Positions 1 to 5,743 of a stretch of DNA of 11,465 nt are shown here, piece by piece. Positions within the stretch are counted from its first letter, which is position 1. Each line of letters begins with the position of its first letter. The stretch comes from Conexivisphaerales archaeon (GTDB lineage Archaea; Thermoproteota; Nitrososphaeria; Conexivisphaerales; DTJL01): the NCBI GenBank assembly GCA_049509455.1, contig JBEKZX010000050.1, forward strand, positions 1 through 11,465, written 5' to 3'. The notes below the pieces were generated by a model that saw only the letters and a list, made by a program, of their open reading frames with translations, did not search any database and was not told where the DNA came from. The position numbers and the translations under genes were made by a program.

Positions 1-414
1 TCAGAGATGTTCGCCGAGTTTGGGCGCATCCAGGAGCAGGCTCACGAGAGGGGCCTGCCGGCCATCGCTTGGGTCTATCCCCGTGGAGCAGCCGTGCAGA
101 ACGACACATCGAAGGAGATAGTGGCCTATGCGGCGAGGGCTGCTCTTGAGCTGGGCGCCGACGCCGCGAAGATCAAGTACACCGGTGACAGCCAGAGCTT
201 TTCGTGGGCCGTCAAGTCGGCGGGAAAGATGCCAGTGTTCATGTCAGGCGGGCCGAAGGCGCCCGACGACGCCACCTTCTTGGCGCATGTCGCAGGCGCG
301 ATCAAGGCGGGTGCCACCGGGCTCGCCGTCGGACGGAACGTCTGGCAGAACCCTGATCCGTTGGCCATGGCGAAGGCGCTCAGGTCGCTCGTGATTGAAG
401 CGACGCCTCAATAG
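1..414 (+). CDS. fba: Class I (DhnA-type, archaeal) fructose-1,6-bisphosphate aldolase, 5'-truncated by the window
   Basis: Frame is open from position 1. It carries WVYPRG, AYAARAALELGADAAKIKYTGD (Schiff-base Lys), MSGGPK and GLAVGRNVWQ, closely resembling the Thermoproteus-type FBP aldolase as I recall it. TAG stop at 412-414. Confidence 0.88.
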   Translation, partial: SEMFAEFGRIQEQAHERGLPAIAWVYPRGAAVQNDTSKEIVAYAARAALELGADAAKIKYTGDSQSFSWAVKSAGKMPVFMSGGPKAPDDATFLAHVAGAIKAGATGLAVGRNVWQNPDPLAMAKALRSLVIEATPQ

Positions 415-493
415 ATCCCATGTCGTCCGCCGCCGCTTACGATGGAATGCAAGGATACGCTGTCCGTTATCAGTTCACCTGAAGCATTAAATA

Positions 494-512
494 GGAAAAA
501 CGTTATCTATAT
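494..512 (+). promoter_or_regulatory. BRE/TATA promoter of the cupredoxin gene
   Basis: GGAAAAA followed by CGTTATCTATAT, centred about 26 nt upstream of ATG 533, consistent with a leaderless transcript. Confidence 0.6.
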
Positions 513-532
513 GTCCTACATTCGGGCGCATT

Positions 533-1024
533 ATGTCAACACGGACATATAACAGGCTTAACACAAAGGGCATCCTCAACGTGGCGATCGTCGTCTCGGC
601 ACTGGTGCTCGCCGCTTCGCTGGTCCTCTTCGTGGGGGCGCCGGCGAGGGCTTCGGAGCTGGTGAACGTCCAAATTTCGGGCATGAATCCAACCCTCTTC
701 ACTCCTCAGGGAGTGACCATCAACGTGGGCGACACGGTGGAATGGTCCTGCCTGGACGGCGCGCACACGACCACTTCAAATCCCGGCCAGGCTGAGAGCT
801 GGGACTCGGGTCCCTTGATGGAAATGGAGACATTCAGCTTCACATTTACCCAGTCGGGCAATTTCACATACACCAGCACTGCCTTGGGAGATGCGGGCCA
901 GGTCGGTTGGGTCTTCGTCCAACCGGGAACTTCAGCGCCGGAGTTCCCGGGCTACGTGCTCTACATAACTGTGACCGCCGCAGTCATGCTTGCGCTGCTC
1001 GTCCAGAGAAGGCTCAGGGCTTAG
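533..1024 (+). CDS. Secreted cupredoxin (plastocyanin/amicyanin-like) fold protein with C-terminal PEF-CTERM-like sorting signal; type-1 Cu ligands degenerate
   Basis: Signal peptide ending APARA; FTPQGVTINVGDTVEW; AHTTTS; WDSG; FSFTFTQSGNFTY; then APEFP, a hydrophobic helix and QRRLRA-stop. Confidence 0.85.
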   Translation: MSTRTYNRLNTKGILNVAIVVSALVLAASLVLFVGAPARASELVNVQISGMNPTLFTPQGVTINVGDTVEWSCLDGAHTTTSNPGQAESWDSGPLMEMETFSFTFTQSGNFTYTSTALGDAGQVGWVFVQPGTSAPEFPGYVLYITVTAAVMLALLVQRRLRA

Positions 1025-1067
1025 GCCTCCAAATCGACACCAGCAGTCCTTCCACACGCGCCGACAC

Positions 1068-1072
1068 TTTTT
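1068..1072 (+). terminator. Possible oligo-T terminator of the cupredoxin gene
   Basis: TTTTT 44 nt after the stop, in otherwise GC-rich sequence. Short and weak. Confidence 0.25.
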
Positions 1073-1221
1073 GTCATGAACGAACTACGACGAAGCAGGA
1101 AGAGTTGAGGGCCTCGGGTTTGGAAGGCTGATAGTGCCATGAGGGAGCCGAACGAACGACCTGCCCCTCGCGTCATGATTGGATTCCCAGGGATCGCGAT
1201 GTAGCCCGAAATTGGTAGCAA

Positions 1222-1608
1222 CTGGGCCCTGAGCCTCCTCTCCACAACGAGGAAGGTGGAGACGGCCATCGATGGGACCAGGGTGATGGCGGCGCCAGGG
1301 AACTCCTGGGCCGGCTGCCCCACCGTGACGACTCTCATCGAGTCGATGTCCATAAGGAAAGTACTCGAGGAGGCGTACATGCCGGGCATGGTGAAGGTGA
1401 AGGAGTAGGAATCTCCCGGGGTCACCTCGCCCGAATCCCACTACTCCGCCTGCTCCGCGTTCGAGGTATTGCTGCGCAGCCTCGAGACGTCGGTCCAGTT
1501 GACTGTGTCTCCGACGCCTATCGTTATGTTCTAATGGAGACGCTGGCAGACTTTACTCATGCCGTAACCGTACATTTCAGCGTTCCGCGTCTTGGAAGCC
1601 CTAACGGG
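1222..1608 (-). pseudogene. Decayed inverted paralog of the 533..1024 cupredoxin/PEF-CTERM gene
   Basis: One minus frame reads PVRASKTRNAEMYGYGMSKVCQRLH*NITIGVGDTVNWTDVSRLRSNTSNAEQAE*WDSGEVTPGDSYSFTFTMPGMYASSSTFLMDIDSMRVVTVGQPAQEFPGAAITLVPSMAVSTFLVVERRLRAQ, collinear with the intact copy. In-frame TAG at 1533-1531 and 1443-1441; CAG (1224-1222) where the paralog has TAG; no signal peptide or promoter seen. Confidence 0.85.
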
Positions 1609-2401
1609 GATCAGGCTCTGGCCGAGGTGAACTCTCGTTAAACAATGTGAAGGCTTGGTCGACGGAGGCGCCATCGTGAACTACGGCTCTGACCGCCTTG
1701 ATCATTCCGACGGGGTTCTTCGACTGGAAGATGTTCCTCCCCATGTCGACGCCCACCGCCCCCTTTGCGATGGCGTTGTGGGCCAGGTCCAGCGCCTCCA
1801 TCTCTGGGAGCTTCTTCCCTCCCGCGATGACGACAGGAACGGGGCAGGCGTCCACCACCTTCTCGAATTCGTCACAAAAATAGGTCTTGACGACGCTGGC
1901 GCCCAGCTCCGCCGCTATCCTGCAGGCGAGGCCCAGGTACCGTGCGTCCCTGTTCATGTCCCGGCCCACCGCCGTGACGGCCAGGACCGGCATCCCAAAG
2001 CGCTGCCCTTCGTCCACCAGCCCCGAGAGGTTCATGAGGGACTGCCGTTCGAACTCAGAGCCCACGAAAATCGAGACCGCGACGGCCGAGGCGTTGAGCC
2101 TCAGTGCGTCTTCGACCGACGTAGTGACGCCTTCGTTGGAAAGCTCCTTGAGGACGCTCGTCCCACCCGAAACCCTCAGGACGATTGGAACTCTGGCCTG
2201 GCTGTCTATCGAAGTCCTCAGGACGCCTCTCGTGAGCATGAGGGAGTCGGCGAAAGGCACAAGAGGCGTGATGGTGCGCTTCGGATTCTCCAGGCCAGCG
2301 GTGGGGCCCTGGAAGTAACCGTGATCCACTGCCAGCATCACGGTGTGCCCGCTGCGGGGATCCATTATTCGCGAAAGCCTGTTCTCGATTCCCCAGTCCA
2401 A
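1601..2401 (-). CDS. lsrF: LsrF-type 3-hydroxy-5-phosphonooxypentane-2,4-dione thiolase (DhnA aldolase fold)
   Basis: TTG start. DWG..NRLSRI, MLAVDHGYFQGPT.GLE, LTRGVLR, LSNE, RYLGLACRIAAELGA..VKTY, IAGGKKLPE and GVDMGRNIFQS match E. coli LsrF motifs as I recall them. Confidence 0.9.
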   Translation of the reverse strand: MDWGIENRLSRIMDPRSGHTVMLAVDHGYFQGPTAGLENPKRTITPLVPFADSLMLTRGVLRTSIDSQARVPIVLRVSGGTSVLKELSNEGVTTSVEDALRLNASAVAVSIFVGSEFERQSLMNLSGLVDEGQRFGMPVLAVTAVGRDMNRDARYLGLACRIAAELGASVVKTYFCDEFEKVVDACPVPVVIAGGKKLPEMEALDLAHNAIAKGAVGVDMGRNIFQSKNPVGMIKAVRAVVHDGASVDQAFTLFNESSPRPEPDPR

Positions 2402-2443
2402 CTCAAGTCCTTTTCCTACAGGTCTGGCAGGCGTCCCGTCGGC

Positions 2444-2456
2444 GTATTAAGGGTAA
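2444..2456 (-). promoter_or_regulatory. Possible internal promoter for lsrF
   Basis: Minus strand TTACCCTTAATAC about 45 nt upstream of the TTG, followed by a purine-rich AGGAAAAGGA leader segment. Confidence 0.35.
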
Positions 2457-2478
2457 CTGGGTCGAAGCGTTCGAGGAG

Positions 2479-3516
2479 TCAAGGGGTGATGATGGTCTTC
2501 ATACCCTTTCCGCCGAGAGCGTTCTGGACGGCCTCGTCAAAGTCGGCCAGGTGGAACCGGTGAGTGATGAGCGGGCCGAAGTCAACGTGACGGCTCGTCA
2601 TGAGGTCCAGGGCCTTCTTGGTCTCGAAGTCGGTGGCCGCGTAGCTGGATATGAGGGAGACCTCTGCGTTGAAAATGTCGCTGACGTCGTATTCCAGCCT
2701 TGAGCCTTTAAGAGGAACGCCGAACAGGCAGACCTTCCCTCCGCGGCGCACGGACCTCAGCGCCTGGACTATGGCCCCCTGGTTGCCCGAGGCGACGATC
2801 GCGACGTCGGCGCCCCTGCCGCCGGTCAGTTCCTTGACGGACGTCGGCACGTCCACCTTCGAAGCGTCGAAGGCGGACTGGATGCCCGACCTTCTCGCGA
2901 ACTCCAGCCTCGAAGCGCTCACGTCGCTCACGAAGACCTTGGCCTTATTCGCGAGCAGTAGCAGGGAATGGGTCATCCCCACAGGACCCGCGCCGACCAC
3001 GAGGACGGCGTCGTCGGGATTGACGGAACATCGGTCCAGGGCCCGAATGCAACAGGCTGCCGGCTCGATCATGCTAGCCTCTTCGAAACCCATGCTGGCC
3101 GGGAGCTTCAGGACCCCTCCCCCCGCGACGTTCCACGCAGGAACCCTGAAGAACTCCGAGAAACCGCCCGGGACGATGTTGCTGGTCCTGTATTCCTTGC
3201 ACATCGTCGCGCTTCCGTGTAGGCAATAATGACAATGATGACAGGGGACGTGATGATGCGGAAAGACTCTGTCCCCTTCTTTCAGGTCGCCGACGTCGCC
3301 CGATGTGGAAGCGACCACACCGGCGGCCTCATGGCCCAGTACAGGCATGGCCGCCGTGTATTCGCCACGAAGCTTCTCCAAGTCAGTCCCGCACAGGCCA
3401 CAGGCTTTCATCTTAACAAGGACGTCGCCCGCCACCAAGGAAGGTATGGGAACCTCCACAAGGGCCGCAGTGAGGCTGGAGCCACTAGGCTCCTTCGTCA
3501 AGAGGATGGACTTCAT
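2479..3516 (-). CDS. Zn-dependent medium-chain dehydrogenase, L-iditol/sorbitol dehydrogenase-like
   Basis: CGLCGTD, LGHE, structural Zn site CHHCHYC..C, EPAACC and Rossmann GAGPVG. Start moved from the ORF-track 3609 to ATG 3516 (MKSILL), the typical MDR N-terminus. Confidence 0.88.
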   Translation of the reverse strand: MKSILLTKEPSGSSLTAALVEVPIPSLVAGDVLVKMKACGLCGTDLEKLRGEYTAAMPVLGHEAAGVVASTSGDVGDLKEGDRVFPHHHVPCHHCHYCLHGSATMCKEYRTSNIVPGGFSEFFRVPAWNVAGGGVLKLPASMGFEEASMIEPAACCIRALDRCSVNPDDAVLVVGAGPVGMTHSLLLLANKAKVFVSDVSASRLEFARRSGIQSAFDASKVDVPTSVKELTGGRGADVAIVASGNQGAIVQALRSVRRGGKVCLFGVPLKGSRLEYDVSDIFNAEVSLISSYAATDFETKKALDLMTSRHVDFGPLITHRFHLADFDEAVQNALGGKGMKTIITP

Positions 3517-3552
3517 CGCAGCACACTTCCCTCGGGCAGTGAACAGGTAGGG

Positions 3553-3560
3553 TGATATAA
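3553..3560 (-). promoter_or_regulatory. TATA-like box upstream of the dehydrogenase
   Basis: TTATATCA on the minus strand about 40 nt upstream of ATG 3516. Confidence 0.4.
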
Positions 3561-3643
3561 GCCATATGAGAAGAGACTCCTTCGACAAGGCAACCCATCT
3601 TAACCTCATCGCCCATATTAGCTGCCGATGCCCCGCATTTCAC

Positions 3644-4000
3644 ATGCGCCAAGACAACGTCCGATCCGTCTACAGGCGCGGCCTTATCGCCTTAGCCCTC
3701 GTCGCCAGCGTCCTAGCCGTCGGGACCCTGGGTATCCATCTTTTGGAGGGTTATCCATACGTCGACTCATTCTATTTCATGGCCATGCTGGCCACGGCTC
3801 AGGGGCCGGCGGGTACCCCTGCGACGGACGCCGGGAAGCTCTTCGCCTCCCTCATGGCCTTCGTATCCGTGGGGGCAGTCGTGGCTTCTCTGGGTTACCT
3901 CTTCGGCCCCTTTTTTGGTGCGGTCTGGAGGGTAGGGGTCCTGAAGGTCGAAGAAGAGGAGGCGAGCGTGAAGAAGGAAGGAGGGAACGCGAAGCCTTAA
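3644..4000 (+). CDS. Small 2-TM/pore-helix potassium-channel-like protein (Ion_trans_2-like) with non-canonical filter
   Basis: TM1 (LIALALVASVLAVGTLGIHLLEG), pore-helix-like Y.DSFYF, loop ATAQGP, P.T.AGKLFAS, TM2, and a short charged tail. ATG 3644 preferred to 3566; CATATTAG lies about 26 nt upstream. Confidence 0.75.
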   Translation: MRQDNVRSVYRRGLIALALVASVLAVGTLGIHLLEGYPYVDSFYFMAMLATAQGPAGTPATDAGKLFASLMAFVSVGAVVASLGYLFGPFFGAVWRVGVLKVEEEEASVKKEGGNAKP

Positions 4001-4076
4001 GGTCCCGATGCTTCCCCTGAGAACTAACTCGCATCGTACATTCCCTCGTTTTGAACGACTCGAGTTTCCAGCGGAC

Positions 4077-4137
4077 GTGAAATCAGTGCCGGGCTCAACC
4101 CAGGATGCCCACGGTGGTGATTTCGCCCTTCTTCTCT
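4077..4137. terminator. Long imperfect hairpin plus pyrimidine tract between convergent genes
   Basis: GTGAAATCA (4077-4085) pairs with TGATTTCGC (4118-4126); inner TGCCG/CGGTG and GGC/GCC pairings; followed by CCTTCTTCTCT. Confidence 0.3.
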
Positions 4138-4140
4138 GCG

Positions 4141-5220
4141 TTAAGACCCTCTTCGGCCTAGGCTCGCCTTCTGGAACAGCTTGCTGAACTTCCTCGGCTC
4201 CCTACTCTTCCAGCTTCCCTTGTTGTAGGCGTACGAAGCCAGAAGGGGGAAGGCGAAGGCGGCCTCCGCGTACACCATCTGCGTATCGCCCTGCTCCACC
4301 TTTCCCCAGGAATGCGCCTCCTTGAGAGTCGACCCAGAGAGGCCACCGTCTCGCTCGTCAGCGACCGTGATCTGTATAGCGTACTTATGCATCTTGGTCT
4401 TCCCTGTCAGGATGTCCGCTGCCACCACGACGTCCTGGGCGAAGTTCTTGGGAACGCCTCCTCCAATCATAAGCAGCCCCGTCTCCTTTGCGGCCATCTT
4501 CACGTTCGTGAGCTCGAGGAAGTCCCTCGCCGAGTCGATGGTGACGTGCTCCTTCCTTCGCAACTGGTGTTCTATGAGCCCGAACCCCGCGCTGCAGTCT
4601 GAGAATGCGGGGACGAATATGGGGACCTCCTTCTTGTAAGAAGCCAGGACCACCGACTCCCTGTTCTTGGCGTTCCTATCGAGGTACCTTCCCATCTCCA
4701 AGATGAACTCCCTGGAAGAGTACGGCCTCGGGGGAAGCGAGTCGGCAATCTTCCCCACGGTCTCGTCGCAGATCCTGAGGTCGTCCTCGTCGATGTACGT
4801 GTCGTAGATTCTATCGATGTGTAGCTTCTGAAGCTCGTCGTCGTCCACCATCGGGGTGCCGAGATAGTGCTTAAAGCCCAAACCTTCGAAGAAGTCCTGG
4901 TCGACCATGATCGCGCCCGTGGACACGATGACGTCCACCATGTCGTGCATCACCATGTCGTAGACTACATTCTTTAGCCCGGCGCTGAAGAGCGAGCCGG
5001 CGAGGCAGAGGATGACTGAGCAATCTTGGTCGGCTAGCATGGCATCGTAGATCTTGGCGGCGCGGGAAAGCGCGCGCGCCGAAAAGGCCATCTTGGCATA
5101 GTCGTCTATAATCGAAGTCACGTCGTGCTTCTTCTTTATGTCGAAGTGCTCAATTGTGGTCCCCAGATGGTCCCTCTTGCTCCTGACAAGGTATCCGGCC
5201 CGTCCCTTCACGGTGCTCAT
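4141..5220 (-). CDS. Deoxyhypusine synthase family protein (DHS or DHS-like polyamine synthase)
   Basis: IVSTGA, IDRIYDTYIDE, IFVPAFSDCSAG, GGGVPKNF, DGGLSGSTLKEAHSWGKV (active-site Lys of the EAxSWGK motif) and VYAEA. Confidence 0.9.
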   Translation of the reverse strand: MSTVKGRAGYLVRSKRDHLGTTIEHFDIKKKHDVTSIIDDYAKMAFSARALSRAAKIYDAMLADQDCSVILCLAGSLFSAGLKNVVYDMVMHDMVDVIVSTGAIMVDQDFFEGLGFKHYLGTPMVDDDELQKLHIDRIYDTYIDEDDLRICDETVGKIADSLPPRPYSSREFILEMGRYLDRNAKNRESVVLASYKKEVPIFVPAFSDCSAGFGLIEHQLRRKEHVTIDSARDFLELTNVKMAAKETGLLMIGGGVPKNFAQDVVVAADILTGKTKMHKYAIQITVADERDGGLSGSTLKEAHSWGKVEQGDTQMVYAEAAFAFPLLASYAYNKGSWKSREPRKFSKLFQKASLGRRGS

Positions 5221-5239
5221 GGCTGCACAGCTATTGCCA

Positions 5240-5260
5240 ACTTAATTCTTAACGTTTTCC
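5240..5260. promoter_or_regulatory. Overlapping divergent promoters for the DHS-family gene and microprotein 1
   Basis: Minus strand GGAAAACGTTAAGAATTAAGT 20-40 nt before ATG 5220; plus strand CTTAATTCTTAACG 25-38 nt before GTG 5279. The intergenic region is only 58 bp. Confidence 0.5.
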
Positions 5261-5278
5261 CCGGCACGCCGTTCCATC

Positions 5279-5374
5279 GTGTTCTGCCTCATCTGTGGAA
5301 GGGAGATGCTAGTGATCCACTCCAAGGAGGTCTGCCCCAACTGCGGCTTTTGTCTGGATTGCTCCGATCTGTGA
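5279..5374 (+). CDS. 31-aa CPxCG-type zinc-finger microprotein, copy 1
   Basis: Manual translation (GTG start): MFCLICGREMLVIHSKEVCPNCGFCLDCSDL*. It has two CxxCG knuckles plus a C-terminal CSD and is paralogous to 5474..5587. An upstream in-frame TAA at 5243-5245 fixes the start. Confidence 0.72.
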   Translation: MFCLICGREMLVIHSKEVCPNCGFCLDCSDL

Positions 5375-5426
5375 TGTTCAAAAGCTGCTGTGGAGTTTGT
5401 CTTATAGTTTTGACGGGTTCGTACAT

Positions 5427-5450
5427 CGACTTTAGTCGTTTTTGATATAT
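5427..5450 (+). promoter_or_regulatory. Palindrome plus TATA box upstream of microprotein 2
   Basis: CGACT-TT-AGTCG (5427-5438) then TTTGATATAT (5441-5450), about 27 nt before ATG 5474. Confidence 0.5.
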
Positions 5451-5473
5451 GTTTCGGGGGTCTTCTACCTCCC

Positions 5474-5587
5474 ATGGCTATGTCGCTGGAGACTAAGCTC
5501 TGCCCAGTTTGTGGGAAGGCGATGCATGAAGTGCGCTGTGAGGATATCTGCCCCAACTGTGGCTTCAAGATAGCCTGCTCCGACTGA
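5474..5587 (+). CDS. 37-aa CPxCG-type zinc-finger microprotein, copy 2
   Basis: Manual translation: MAMSLETKLCPVCGKAMHEVRCEDICPNCGFKIACSD*. Own TATA box at leaderless spacing; same Cys spacing as copy 1. Alternative start ATG 5480. Confidence 0.8.
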   Translation: MAMSLETKLCPVCGKAMHEVRCEDICPNCGFKIACSD

Positions 5588-5682
5588 CGCGAGACAGGTG
5601 GGACCGCCGGTCAGCAACTCGGTCACCATGACCCAGGTCCGAGACGCTCCGTTTCATAAGGTCTGGAATGAATCAAATGCTT

Positions 5683-5720
5683 AATCCGTCGCGAACCGGA
5701 TTCAATTCTAACCCTTAAAT
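5683..5720 (+). promoter_or_regulatory. Inverted repeat plus TATA box upstream of the kinase gene
   Basis: AATCCG-N8-CGGATT (5683-5702) and ACCCTTAAAT (5711-5720), about 26 nt before GTG 5744. Confidence 0.5.
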
Positions 5721-5743
5721 GCCGTCAGCGCCTTCGCAAGGCT

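Noticed and set aside
1021-1425. ORF-track 134-aa minus ORF as an independent gene
   Set aside because: It is the 3' half of the pseudogene plus read-through past the lost stop; the extension resembles nothing and would bury the sorting signal.
1441-1533. Amber (pyrrolysine-type) read-through of the two in-frame TAG codons in the second cupredoxin copy
   Set aside because: TAG is the real stop of fba, the intact cupredoxin and lsrF in this window. The copy also lacks a signal peptide and promoter and has other decay substitutions.
1655-3555. Long plus-strand ORFs (1655..2563, 1887..2318, 2651..3229, 3229..3555 and others)
   Set aside because: They are antisense shadows of lsrF and the dehydrogenase, expected in GC-rich DNA, and show no recognisable motifs.
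5331-5565. 19-nt direct repeat as a CRISPR or mobile-element repeat
   Set aside because: Only two copies 216 nt apart, both in frame within paralogous coding sequences; no cas or transposase genes in the window.
5242-5568. Minus ORF containing a repeated KPQLGQ
   Set aside because: It is the antisense shadow of the duplicated CPNCGF codons of the two plus-strand microproteins.
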